A DNA stretch of 64,000 bases from a virus. The stretch covers positions 68,594-132,593 of IMG/VR virus record IMGVR_UViG_3300009506_000003. One strand, written 5' to 3'. Position numbers and translations under genes: made by a program. Positions 38,110-47,563 of this stretch are shown here, piece after piece; within the stretch, counting starts at the first letter, position 1, and the number at the start of each line of letters is the position of its first letter. The notes under the pieces were generated by a model. The model was not told the DNA's origin. It was given only the letters and a program-made list of their open reading frames with translations, and made no database searches.

Positions 38110-38478
38110 ATGACGATGACGACATGGTGCACAGACTGCCTGGCCGAAGGGGTCGAGCTCTACCCTGTCAAGGTCCGCAGGCCCAATGGGGAGATGCGCT
38201 GGAACAACATGTGCTTGGAGTGCAAGGAGAAGCGGGAGCGTGCTCGAGCACGAAAGCCTCTCACCCCGGACGAGCTCGAGGAGGAGCAGGCTCGGGATGC
38301 CCGTCTGGCCGAGCGCATGAAGAGCCGGTCGGCCATCCCCGTAGTGAAGGTAGGCCGAAATCGGACTACCTTCCACGAGTTCTCCATCACCCCTTCCATG
38401 GACACCTACCAGTACATGACGTCGAAGGGCACCCAAGGGTACCGCTTCACATTCCTGGGGTGGAAGTCGAAGGAATAA
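38110..38478 (+). CDS. Hypothetical protein
   Basis: AGGAGG RBS; two CxxC motifs. Confidence 0.6.
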   Translation: MTMTTWCTDCLAEGVELYPVKVRRPNGEMRWNNMCLECKEKRERARARKPLTPDELEEEQARDARLAERMKSRSAIPVVKVGRNRTTFHEFSITPSMDTYQYMTSKGTQGYRFTFLGWKSKE

Positions 38479-38524
38479 GGGGGCGGCCTCCCCCTATCGT
38501 ACTTGTGGTAGAGTCGGAGATGTG

Positions 38525-38790
38525 AATCCTGCCAACCAAGACGCCGTTGGGATTGCTGCTGCAAGGCATGAAATCTGGCGTCTGGCAGGGGGACGGGTGG
38601 TCCTGGCGCAGGCGGAGGGCCTGGTTTGTACCCGTTGTGAGGTCAGGGTAGCCACCAAACTCAGGGTCCCTGCGGTGTGCGTGGTAACGGACACCGTGCG
38701 CTGCGCGCCTGCAGGCGTGTGCGGCACCGCGGGCCTGGGGGGAGCGAGAGACTTTGCATGTCCATGTCGGGTCTCTCGCTCCTCCTTTCT
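38525..38790 (+). ncRNA. Candidate structured ncRNA
   Basis: Series of long GC hairpins ending in GGAGCGAGAGAC/GTCTCTCGCTCC; upstream TGGTAGAGT extended -10. Confidence 0.45.
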
Positions 38791-38908
38791 ACTCGCAAAA
38801 CCCCAATAGAGATGGGGATAAGAGATACGTAGGAAAGATGACGCCTCGCCGAGGCGATTGAGCTTTCCTGTGTCTTTCAGGCAGAAACCATCCACAAGGA
38901 GATGTCGC

Positions 38909-39478
38909 ATGTCCAACGACAACCCCAAGATCGCGGTGTTCGATACGTCGAGCATCTTCACCGTCTGCCCCGAGAACTATCCTTGGGCGCAAGACAAAAA
39001 GTGCCAGCTCCCGGACGGGACGAAGGTCCTCAGTCTGGGCAAGCTCGAGCAGGCCCTCGAAGAGGGGTACACCTGCTTCGTTGCCAGCACCAGGGAGAAG
39101 CTGGGTGACCACGACCAGTGGTGGGTCGAGCTCGTCGGAAAGGACAACGTGTTCCTCGCCGGCCAGCGCCCCGACAGCCCCTACTGGTGGGCCGACACCA
39201 ACCGCAACGAGCGAGTCAGCATGGGCTGGATCAAGCTCTTCGAGCGGCTCGGGATCGAGTACCCGCACGTGGACTACTCCGGAGTCGAGGTCGACGAGGA
39301 AGAGGAACCGGCGGAGCCCCCGTTGGAGTTCTGGACCTCGGCGCGGCACGTGCTCTACGAAGACCACGGGATCCGTGAGGGCCGCAGCTTCAAGTGCAAG
39401 CAGGAGAAGCAGCACGACGCGCACATCGCCGCGCGGCGCAAGGACTTCAAGGAACGCCTGCAGAAAGCGCAGGTGTAG
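38909..39478 (+). CDS. Hypothetical protein
   Basis: AAGGAG RBS; ATAAG promoter at 38818. Confidence 0.7.
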   Translation: MSNDNPKIAVFDTSSIFTVCPENYPWAQDKKCQLPDGTKVLSLGKLEQALEEGYTCFVASTREKLGDHDQWWVELVGKDNVFLAGQRPDSPYWWADTNRNERVSMGWIKLFERLGIEYPHVDYSGVEVDEEEEPAEPPLEFWTSARHVLYEDHGIREGRSFKCKQEKQHDAHIAARRKDFKERLQKAQV

Positions 39479-39480
39479 CC

Positions 39481-39618
39481 ATGATGTTCGACGCGCATGA
39501 TCTGGCGAAGCGGATGCTCAAGGAGGGTGCCAAGACCGTCATCATCCTTGCGCTCGTATTTGGAACCCCACTTGGCATTGGCATCCTCCTCGGGATGTGG
39601 ATGAGCTGCGGTGGCTGA
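39481..39618 (+). CDS. Small membrane protein
   Basis: Hydrophobic helix; terminator follows. Confidence 0.5.
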   Translation: MMFDAHDLAKRMLKEGAKTVIILALVFGTPLGIGILLGMWMSCGG

Positions 39619-39684
39619 CAGAGAAGCTCGGGCCGGGGTCTCCTTCGGGAGGCCCCGGTCCACCTTTTTACGATGAGGTGAATC

Positions 39685-39912
39685 ATGTCGATTGTTCGAT
39701 ACCCGAGATGGCGCCCGCGCGCTCATCCGAAGAAGCCAGCAGGGGTGGTGCCGCTCGCAAAGGCGGCCGAGCTCCTGAAGAAGTCCGCGTCTTCCGTCCG
39801 GAGGTACATCCTCAAAGGCGAACTCGTTGCTCGCCAGGACGAAGAGACTCGCAAGATCTACATCACCAGGGAAAGCATCGAGGCCCTGAAGCTGAGCTGG
39901 AAGGGGGCATGA
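39685..39912 (+). CDS. HTH DNA-binding protein
   Basis: LAKAAELLKKSASSVRRYILKGEL. Confidence 0.7.
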   Translation: MSIVRYPRWRPRAHPKKPAGVVPLAKAAELLKKSASSVRRYILKGELVARQDEETRKIYITRESIEALKLSWKGA

Positions 39913-40379
39913 TGCTGCGATACCCGTACTACAAGCCCTCCCCTCATCCAGACCCCAGAGTCCAAGCCGAGCGCGAAAAGGTCCAACAAGAGATCGATGA
40001 GCTCCGGCGCTACTCCGACAAGCTGCACGACCGAGCCGAGGGCTGGCGGCAGACACAGGAGGGCAACGCCGAGCTCGAGGACCAGCTCGCGGCCGACGAG
40101 GCGTCCAACGGTGACACTGAGCTCGATGACCTCAAAGACCTCATCGAGACGCAGTTCCCGGAGGACATGAAGCCCGAAGCCCGAGATCTCCTCCAGCGCC
40201 TGCGTGAGGCCAAAGAGATGATCGACGAGGTCGGGCCCTACCTCGAACAGCTCCACGCCGAAGATGCCGCTCGCAAGCAGGAGCTCAAGGATGAGCTGTC
40301 GGCCCGAATCCGTGCTCGAGCAGAGGGTGAGACCATCGAAGCGCAGCTCGTCGAAGACGTCGAGCTCGAGGTGCACTGA
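39909..40379 (+). CDS. Coiled-coil hypothetical protein
   Basis: Coupled ORF. Confidence 0.6.
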   Translation: MMLRYPYYKPSPHPDPRVQAEREKVQQEIDELRRYSDKLHDRAEGWRQTQEGNAELEDQLAADEASNGDTELDDLKDLIETQFPEDMKPEARDLLQRLREAKEMIDEVGPYLEQLHAEDAARKQELKDELSARIRARAEGETIEAQLVEDVELEVH

Positions 40380-40621
40380 TGTTCATCGACCACAAAGAAA
40401 CGGAGGACCACGCAATCGAAGCCTACCAAGGTCTCTGGGAGATGAGGACCGCCCTGGCAAAGATGAAGAAAGCCGGGACGGAGGAGAACATCATCCAAGA
40501 CATGGAGGCCGCGGTGAAGAGGGTTGAGGACCGAGTGAAGCTCTACGACGAGTACTTCCCCGGCGACCTCAATCGACGTGTTCACGCGGCCAGGCTTCGC
40601 ACTGGCTACAGGAGTTCGTGA
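40379..40621 (+). CDS. Hypothetical protein
   Basis: Coupled ORF. Confidence 0.6.
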   Translation: MFIDHKETEDHAIEAYQGLWEMRTALAKMKKAGTEENIIQDMEAAVKRVEDRVKLYDEYFPGDLNRRVHAARLRTGYRSS

Positions 40622-40983
40622 TGGTCAGAACAGGAGGCGACTGCTACGAGGCGGCCGGCTCTCTGTTCATGGACCTCTGCTTTCGGGGTGGGGACCCTGA
40701 CTTCTCCCGCGCCGAGCTCGTTCACGGAGTGCCGACTCTCCAGTGTGAGCCGTTCATCAAGTACGGCCACGCTTGGCTCGAGTTCGACAACCCAAAGCTC
40801 GGCGTCCGGATGGTCCGGGATCCCTCGAACGGTAGAGACGTCACGATGCCGAGGGACTACTACTACCAGCTTGGCAAAATCGATCCAGCGGAGTGCAGGC
40901 GCTACAAGTTTGGCGACCTGCGCCGCTGGGTCACAGAGACGGGCCACTGGGGTCCGTGGGAGGAAGGTGATGAAGGAGCGTGA
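40618..40983 (+). CDS. Hypothetical protein (GDCY...HAWLE, possibly transglutaminase-like)
   Basis: Cys and His motifs seen in the sequence. Confidence 0.55.
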   Translation: MMVRTGGDCYEAAGSLFMDLCFRGGDPDFSRAELVHGVPTLQCEPFIKYGHAWLEFDNPKLGVRMVRDPSNGRDVTMPRDYYYQLGKIDPAECRRYKFGDLRRWVTETGHWGPWEEGDEGA

Positions 40984-41158
40984 CATCCAAACGCTCATCG
41001 AACAGATCGTCCCGAAGGCTCATCCGCAGCAAGTCACCGAGCTCGTGGCAGCGGTGATGAGCGCCGGCCTCGGAAAACAGTGGACCTCAACCAACGGAGA
41101 TTGGAGCGATGCGGGCTGCGTGCTGCAAAGCGCGGCGGCTGGAATCAAGGACGAGTAG
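40970..41158 (+). CDS. Hypothetical protein
   Basis: GGAGG RBS. Confidence 0.55.
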   Translation: MKERDIQTLIEQIVPKAHPQQVTELVAAVMSAGLGKQWTSTNGDWSDAGCVLQSAAAGIKDE

Positions 41159-41371
41159 TTGGCGCCCACGAGGCGCCGGTTGTAGGAGAGACGCGGGGTT
41201 CCCTCCCCCCAAGACGCCCCGCGTCTCTCTTTCTCCCTGCAAAACTGGGACGCAGCCTGTGCATAAGAAACATGACGGGAAGAGAACGCCTTGTCCGGGA
41301 AGTTCTCGTCCGAGCTCTCGCAGACCGCGCCTGCTCGGGCCCGTCATCTCTCAGGCAAACAGGAGTGTCCC

Positions 41372-41713
41372 ATGTTGGCTCGCATCTACAGCATTCGTGA
41401 CGCGATCATTGATGCCATCTTCCCGCCCCCCAATCCGAGCTCGGTCCCGCCGGTCGAAGCGGTCTTCACCAAGATCGCGTGGGAGCTCAAGGGCATGACG
41501 ACGTTCAAGCGGGAGTTGGTGACCAGTACCAAGTTCCGCTTCGCTCTGCTCCTGAGCACCATCCTCACGGCCGGCGACTTCCTGGCGCTCGAGCGCTTCG
41601 AGAAAGAGGTCGGTGAGGTCGAGGCCAACAGGCGCATGTGCGAGGCCCTGTCGTCGTCCGGCTACTTCCTCTGGCACGAGGAGACCGATGAGGTCCAGGC
41701 GGTGTCGTCATGA
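41372..41713 (+). CDS. Hypothetical protein
   Basis: AGGAG RBS; ATAAG promoter at 41263. Confidence 0.65.
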   Translation: MLARIYSIRDAIIDAIFPPPNPSSVPPVEAVFTKIAWELKGMTTFKRELVTSTKFRFALLLSTILTAGDFLALERFEKEVGEVEANRRMCEALSSSGYFLWHEETDEVQAVSS

Positions 41714-42171
41714 CCGCCGCGGAGCTGAACGAAGTCCTGTCCGGTACCGTTGACCGAGGGGAGTTCAAGAAGGTCCTCCAAGAGAGGCCGAAGCTCCCGG
41801 GCGGCTTGCCGCTCGTCTTTCGGTTCATGGACGCCATCTCCGACGCTCGAGCTCGGGTCCGCAAAGCCGAGCTCGAGCAGGCCTGGGGTCAGAGGACCAA
41901 GGAAGGCCTGGAGCGGCACCGGCAGACGGCCCGGGAGCGCCGGGAACAGGTGGCGGTGGAGCGCAGGCTCCACCTGTCCATCGCCTGCCCGGTGTGCGGG
42001 GCGTTCGAAGGGCAGCTCTGCGTGACCATGGAAGGCGCCTTCCCCGGTCGGGAGTGTTACACTGCCCACGCGGGCAGGAGAAGGGCGTCCAAGGCCAAGC
42101 AGAAGGCCGAGATGGAAGCCCGGAACCTGGAAGCGGGCATCAAGGCCGTCGAGGCGGCTCAGGAGAAGTAG
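41710..42171 (+). CDS. Zn-finger hypothetical protein
   Basis: CPVCGA..G..C...H..R. Confidence 0.6.
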   Translation: MTAAELNEVLSGTVDRGEFKKVLQERPKLPGGLPLVFRFMDAISDARARVRKAELEQAWGQRTKEGLERHRQTARERREQVAVERRLHLSIACPVCGAFEGQLCVTMEGAFPGRECYTAHAGRRRASKAKQKAEMEARNLEAGIKAVEAAQEK

Positions 42172-42172
42172 C

Positions 42173-42391
42173 ATGAGCAAGATGCTCGACGAGATGTTCA
42201 AGCGGCTCCCCAAGAGGCGGCTGGCCAAAGAGCCGTCCAGGGGGTCGCTGGCGGAGAAGCGGAAGCTGTTCCCGCCGGCGATCCTGGACCCGAGGGTCAG
42301 CGAGGCGCTCAGGGGGTTGCCAGAGCAGTACCGCCGGTTCTACTGGTGGCGCTGGCCCTACCAATCCTTGAAGAAGGAGAAACAGGCCTGA
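42173..42391 (+). CDS. Hypothetical protein
   Basis: AGGAG RBS. Confidence 0.55.
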   Translation: MSKMLDEMFKRLPKRRLAKEPSRGSLAEKRKLFPPAILDPRVSEALRGLPEQYRRFYWWRWPYQSLKKEKQA

Positions 42392-42415
42392 GCTAATAGG
42401 GGCTCAGGTCGGGGA

Positions 42416-42450
42416 GGCACCAGGGTTCGTCCCTGGTGCTTTCTTTTAGC
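42416..42450 (+). terminator. Intrinsic terminator
   Basis: GGCACCAGGG-TTCGT-CCCTGGTGCT then TTCTTTTAGC. Confidence 0.8.
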
Positions 42451-42484
42451 CCGTGAGGTATGCTTCGAGCTCAGGAGGTGTCTC

Positions 42485-42679
42485 ATGCCCAACCGCTCTG
42501 TCTGCAGCCACTGCGGGGCTCCCTACGACGGCCCCAAGCCTCACGATGAAGTTGAAGGCCTCGACCACAAGGGGTGCGCCTACAACGGAGCCTACGTGGA
42601 CGAGAAGGTCTACAAGAAGCTCGACAAGGACGACATCATCGCCAGGGAAGCTGTTCAGCGCCAGCCGCCGGCGGAGTAG
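42485..42679 (+). CDS. Hypothetical protein
   Basis: AGGAGG RBS. Confidence 0.6.
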   Translation: MPNRSVCSHCGAPYDGPKPHDEVEGLDHKGCAYNGAYVDEKVYKKLDKDDIIAREAVQRQPPAE

Positions 42680-42803
42680 GTCACCCGCAGAGCTGCCAGC
42701 CGATGAGCACGTACAGGACTGCCAGCCCCATGCAGACGTAACCCCAGTTCCTGACTGCTCTCGGTGTCATTCCGGGCCCCGGAATCCCTTCGAGAACCCT
42801 CGC

Positions 42804-43196
42804 CTACCGATTCTCATCGCCTAGACCAACATCCTTGCTGGTCACGTTGAGCAAAACGAGGACCGCCACGTCATCCACGGGGCTGTAGCTGGCCTGAATA
42901 TCGGGCCACCCGATGTCAAAAGAGCCATCTGCGCAGTCTTGGACCTTCCGTGCCTCCTCGAAGTTGAGCCCATGCTGCTCGATGAGGCTCTTGAGGCGTC
43001 TGCTCTCTGAGACCATCCCTTCGGGGCGGACAAGAATGGCGACCATGGGGTGCTCAGGGGCACATGCCATCCCTTGGGCGTGGTTGGAGCCGTCCCCCGA
43101 GTCGGTAGTCTCGAAGCCGGCCTCGTTGAGCATGATGACCAGGTCTCGGATGCCGGGGCTGAGCCCGTCGATGACCTCTTGGCTGAGCGGGGTCAT
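42804..43196 (-). CDS. Hypothetical protein
   Basis: ORF track; GIRDLV..LN..GF.T.DS.DG. Confidence 0.6.
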   Translation of the reverse strand: MTPLSQEVIDGLSPGIRDLVIMLNEAGFETTDSGDGSNHAQGMACAPEHPMVAILVRPEGMVSESRRLKSLIEQHGLNFEEARKVQDCADGSFDIGWPDIQASYSPVDDVAVLVLLNVTSKDVGLGDENR

Positions 43197-43197
43197 G

Positions 43198-43524
43198 TTA
43201 GCTCACGAGGTTGGCGCTCAGGACGTTGGTCACGATGACGCGCGCCATGACTTGGGCGGGGTTCATGTAGACCTCGACGAGCGGCCTGTTGGAGTCGTTG
43301 AGGTCGTTCGAGAAGTACACCCCTTTGGACGCCAGCCGCTCGAAGATGCGGTGGTAGTGGTCCAGTAGGGTAGGCTCGTCAGTCAGTCCCACATAGGCCA
43401 CAACCATCCCGCCGTCTGCCTCTGTTGCGCTGACGAGCTGGTAGCCTTCGTTGGCGATCTCCTGCGCCACGGCCTTGATGTCCTCGTGCAGGTTGTCGAT
43501 GTCTTCTTGGGTCATGAGTTGCAT
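43198..43524 (-). CDS. Hypothetical protein
   Basis: GGAGG RBS. Confidence 0.65.
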   Translation of the reverse strand: MQLMTQEDIDNLHEDIKAVAQEIANEGYQLVSATEADGGMVVAYVGLTDEPTLLDHYHRIFERLASKGVYFSNDLNDSNRPLVEVYMNPAQVMARVIVTNVLSANLVS

Positions 43525-44254
43525 GGCTCACCTCCAGCGCCCACCATAATCTGGGTACACAAAAAAATCCACCAGTGAGATGGGGACCCGTCAGGCGTGA
43601 ACCAACATTGGGTATGAAGGAAATTACCCCAGCGAGATGGGGACCTCTGTCCATGAGCTACGGGTCCCATCCACGAGGCATCTCTCCATAGTTGTCGTGA
43701 GAGCTGTCACCTCAGTGGCGCTCAGCAATGCGTGCAACACTTGACCGCGCCCTTGACGTTGGCTCATTGAGAGCGCACGCTATCTGCGAGCGCCTCGGTG
43801 GCTCGACTGAGTATCCCTCCCCCCACAGTCGTCCCCACTGGGGCGCTCACCTCAGCGCATCCCAATGACTCATCCCCGAGGGCGGGCCTATGATGTCGGC
43901 CCTGCTCTGTGCAGACAACCCACAACGGTAACAGCCCTGAACCCAACGAAGGGTGGGAGCGGGGGCATTGTGTGTCACACCGAACACAGAGGGCTATGAG
44001 GGAGGGCCCTAAGGGAGGGGTCTGCTGTGAGACTGCCTGCATGGCCCTTGGCTCCACATGAGATTGGCCATCTGCTGAGAATCACCATACGGGGGTCTGC
44101 ACAGTGGGCACCACTCACTTGAGTGGTACTGGTACATGGTCAGGTGCTGGTGTCTCTCTATGTGGGGCTTCACCTTCCCGCTATTACTGGGCCGCGCCCG
44201 AAGGGCTCGTTGTGAGGAAAGGCTGGGTGCGAGGGTACTGCTGTGCAAAGGGCT

Positions 44255-45061
44255 TCAGCCCCTGATCTTGGCTACGTCGAGGATGAAGCTGAGCGAGGGC
44301 TCTTTGGCTCCTGTGAACAGCTCCTCTGCTCTCTGCTTGGGCAGCATAGATGGGGCGCTCTCTTGCTCGAGTCGTTTGGCCGCATCGAGGACCTTCTGGG
44401 TATTGGTCTTGGGCAACATGGCCTTCAACCTGGTGCCCGCCGCTTCGATGGCCTCACCCACGGGCATGTGCAAGACGTCTGCAGCTTGGGGCTTGAGAGA
44501 CACTCCTCCGATGACATCGGTGTGCGCTTTGAAGGCCTTGGCCAGTTCCGGTGCCCGGAAAGCGAGCTCTTCACTGAGGCCTCTGGCTGCAGCACGTGTG
44601 CGCAGAAGGCCAACGGGCCCGAGCTTTGCTCCTGCCTGGTAGCCAGCTTCGTAGAGCTTGACTGCAGAGGGGTCACCGAGGATGGCTACGATCTCTCTGA
44701 TAGGCCTGCTGATCATTGGTTGCCCGGCTGCTCCTGCTCGAGCACCGAAGCCAATCGCTCTGCGCGCTCCGGCTGCCATGAGGTCCTTGACGAGCGGGAT
44801 CTTCATCCCATGCCTCTGCAGCGCATTGAAGAGAGCCAGCTTCCCTGTGACAGCAAGCCCGGCTGCAGTCATGGGGTCCATGCCTTGCTTCTGCAGCATG
44901 GGCAGCGTGGGCACTTGCTTGGGCACCTTCGGAATGTCCTCGATCCTCATGATGGGAGCGTTGGGGTCACCCGCAAGCCTCATCCTCGAGCGCAGCAGGA
45001 TGGGAGGCATTGCTTCCTTCTGAATGGATGTGAGCTCGCTCTTGAAGGCCTGCAGGTCCAT
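44255..45061 (-). CDS. Hypothetical protein, possible internal virion protein
   Basis: 268 aa, Ala/Gly-rich; N-terminus MDLQAFKSEL. Confidence 0.6.
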   Translation of the reverse strand: MDLQAFKSELTSIQKEAMPPILLRSRMRLAGDPNAPIMRIEDIPKVPKQVPTLPMLQKQGMDPMTAAGLAVTGKLALFNALQRHGMKIPLVKDLMAAGARRAIGFGARAGAAGQPMISRPIREIVAILGDPSAVKLYEAGYQAGAKLGPVGLLRTRAAARGLSEELAFRAPELAKAFKAHTDVIGGVSLKPQAADVLHMPVGEAIEAAGTRLKAMLPKTNTQKVLDAAKRLEQESAPSMLPKQRAEELFTGAKEPSLSFILDVAKIRG

Positions 45062-45064
45062 TGA

Positions 45065-45562
45065 CTACTCCCTGGGCTGAACTGCAGGTGCATTCATCAG
45101 CCGCCGGTGGGCGAGGTATTGACCAACGCCACCGCCGAGAGCGCTGCCAGCGAGCCCGCTGCCGAGGATGCCCAGGCCGCTGGCGAGCAGGCCGAGCTTT
45201 CCTCCGCGCGGAACGACATGACGCATGAGAGCCAGGCCTCCACCGGCGCCTACTGCAGCACCACCGAGAGAGCCAATGCGTGACTCCATTTGGTGTCGGC
45301 GCAGGTTGCCACCCATCATGCGAGTGCCGGCCAGCCGTGACTGCCTGGTGGCCTGATAGAGACCGCCAGGTGTAGCTGTGGTGCCCTTGGGCGTGTAGAC
45401 CCTGAACGTGCCTGGCATCGAGCCGCTACCAATGCCGAGTACTCGGTCTTTGCCTTGACCTGGGATCCTCTCGATGAGTGGCCCACGACTCACAGGTTGA
45501 GCTGCAGGCTCTTCAGCCAGCTTCACTACTTCGTCAACAAAGGCTGCGATTGAAGCGTCCAT
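45065..45562 (-). CDS. Glycine-zipper protein, possible internal virion protein
   Basis: N-terminus MDASIAAFVDEVVKLA; two GxxxG hydrophobic helices. Confidence 0.6.
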   Translation of the reverse strand: MDASIAAFVDEVVKLAEEPAAQPVSRGPLIERIPGQGKDRVLGIGSGSMPGTFRVYTPKGTTATPGGLYQATRQSRLAGTRMMGGNLRRHQMESRIGSLGGAAVGAGGGLALMRHVVPRGGKLGLLASGLGILGSGLAGSALGGGVGQYLAHRRLMNAPAVQPRE

Positions 45563-45601
45563 GAGGTCTACCTTACCCCACTGGACACTTTGTCGGAAGA
45601 G

Positions 45602-46021
45602 CTAGTGTCCGTGGTTGAAGCCGAAGGCAAAGCGTCTGCCTGAGCGGTAGTGATGGAGCTCGAAGTCTCGAGAGCCACAGCAGCCGCTCTCACGCTGCTC
45701 CTTGTGGCGGCCAACAGCTTCCCACGCCGCCGGCGAGAAACGTTGCGGGCCAGTGGGCAGCTCGACGATGCTGAAGTTGTCCATGCAGTCTTCGACGTAG
45801 GGCTTGACGAGCTTTCCTATCCGCCGAGCGAGCCAGTTGCCCATCTCTTCCCCGAACTGCTCCACGAGCCTGTCACGCATCTCGTGCCACATCGTGCGCC
45901 GTGGCTTGAGGACCACTGCCACATAGGGTTGCTCACCGTTGCAGAGCCCGGCATGGCCTCGCTGCTTGCCACATCTGCAGCGCCCCACATGGGCAGGAAG
46001 GTTGGTTGCTCGCAGTGCCAT
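45602..46021 (-). CDS. Hypothetical protein
   Basis: ORF ending GCCGS.D...FGFNHGH. Confidence 0.55.
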   Translation of the reverse strand: MALRATNLPAHVGRCRCGKQRGHAGLCNGEQPYVAVVLKPRRTMWHEMRDRLVEQFGEEMGNWLARRIGKLVKPYVEDCMDNFSIVELPTGPQRFSPAAWEAVGRHKEQRESGCCGSRDFELHHYRSGRRFAFGFNHGH

Positions 46022-46172
46022 GGGGTCACTCTACCAGGACTTCACCCTTGTGTGAATTGCTTCTTCACGAAAGACGTGAAGAACGTTCCTCGAAGAGGCC
46101 TTCAAGTGTGAAATGCGAGCTCCACACTTGGGATAAGGAGCATGGAGGCACAACACTTTCCCTGGAGGTCGA

Positions 46173-46619
46173 ATGCAGACGTTTCTTCCCTATGAGGACT
46201 TCGAGTCATCGGCTCACGTCCTCGACTACCAGAGGTTGGGCAAGCAGCGCCTCGAAGCCAAGAGCATCTTGCGCATCAATCTCGGGGAAGCTGAAGGCGG
46301 CGCATGGAGGAATCACCCTGCTGTGGTGATGTGGAAAGGCTTCGAGCCCATGCTTGCTTTCTATGGCCTGGTCATCACGAGCGAGTGGTGCCGGCGTGGT
46401 TATCGAGACCAGCAGTACGAGTTCTTTCTGGGCACGCTCCAACAGTTGGGTTGGGGTGGGCACAACGAAGAGCCACTACCCCGTCCTTCTTGGCTTGGCC
46501 GAGAGGACTTTCATCGTTCACATCGGGCCAACCTTCTGCGCAAGGCGCCCAACCACTACGGCCGGTACTGGAGCGAAGACCCATCGCTACCGTACGTTTG
46601 GCCGTCAAAGGAGAGTTGA
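46173..46619 (+). CDS. Pyrimidine dimer DNA glycosylase/endonuclease V-like (MSMEG_6728 family)
   Basis: MQTFLPY..F..SA..LD..RLGKQRLE...W.NHPAV.MW.G...EW.RRGY.D...SHR.NLLRK. Confidence 0.85.
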   Translation: MQTFLPYEDFESSAHVLDYQRLGKQRLEAKSILRINLGEAEGGAWRNHPAVVMWKGFEPMLAFYGLVITSEWCRRGYRDQQYEFFLGTLQQLGWGGHNEEPLPRPSWLGREDFHRSHRANLLRKAPNHYGRYWSEDPSLPYVWPSKES

Positions 46620-47008
46620 TGTCCGTTCCCAATAGCATCACCTTCCACCCGCTGTGGCCTGAGCTGCAGCCATACGTGAAGGACGAGCCTGCCCCAGACG
46701 CCAAGGGGAGAAAGTCTAGGGTTCGCCTCGAGCTGGTTGGTCTCCCAGACCATTTGGCTCGCAAGGCGCTGAAGATGGAAGTCGCCTGTGTCTCTTGCGG
46801 GCAGCCCATCTTTCCAATTCGGGCTCGGAGGGGCGCTCCCAAGCGAGGAGAGGAAGAGCACGCGCCGGGCATCCCCAAGCATCTTTACATTGCCGTCGCC
46901 TGCCCCTTGCAGGTCAGCATTGGATGCAGCAGAGGCCGCGCGGCCTCGGTCGAGTACAGCCGCATCGAGAACCACATGATCGTCTACAGAGCGAAGAAAG
47001 GAGAATGA
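46619..47008 (+). CDS. Hypothetical protein
   Basis: AAGGAG RBS; coupled. Confidence 0.6.
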   Translation: MSVPNSITFHPLWPELQPYVKDEPAPDAKGRKSRVRLELVGLPDHLARKALKMEVACVSCGQPIFPIRARRGAPKRGEEEHAPGIPKHLYIAVACPLQVSIGCSRGRAASVEYSRIENHMIVYRAKKGE

Positions 47009-47009
47009 G

Positions 47010-47339
47010 ATGGAATGGATCAAGTTCAGGAACGAGTTGGCTGAGCAACGCTTCGACGAGTGCAAGGCCGTGGCCGAGAAGCACGAGCACCTGAAGCCGA
47101 GCTGGGCCCGGTGCCTTGAGGTGCTCAAGAACCTCAGCACGAACTACAAGGGCGTGGTGGAGCTCTACAATGACTTCAGCCCGCTCAGCTTCAACTGGGG
47201 GATCATTCGTGGAGACGGTACGTGTCCCTTCAATGGTGGCATGATCTTCCATGGCCCCCACGACGGCTTTGGCAGCGGTGAGGCGCCCACGTTCAGCGTG
47301 TGCCTCAACCCAGAGCACGGTTGGAGCCTGCACACATGA
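47010..47339 (+). CDS. Hypothetical protein (FNGGMIFHG...GWSLHT, DUF4120-like)
   Basis: Motif recognised from memory. Confidence 0.6.
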   Translation: MEWIKFRNELAEQRFDECKAVAEKHEHLKPSWARCLEVLKNLSTNYKGVVELYNDFSPLSFNWGIIRGDGTCPFNGGMIFHGPHDGFGSGEAPTFSVCLNPEHGWSLHT

Positions 47340-47563
47340 AGGTCGTGGTCACATTCAAGACGCCCGACGCTCTTGCCCAAGCTGTGCGTGACATCGTGGA
47401 TCAACAGCACCACGAGGACAGCCAGACCTGGGACGAGTACGAAGCTGAAGAGCGTGAGCACGAGCTCATGAAGAAGTTCGAGCGGTGGGTGGCTTGGGGC
47501 GAGGTCATCACGATAGAGTTCGACCTCGAAGCGGGTACAGCCACCGTCAAGGAGAGAGGATGA
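47336..47563 (+). CDS. Hypothetical protein
   Basis: Coupled ORF. Confidence 0.6.
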   Translation: MKVVVTFKTPDALAQAVRDIVDQQHHEDSQTWDEYEAEEREHELMKKFERWVAWGEVITIEFDLEAGTATVKERG

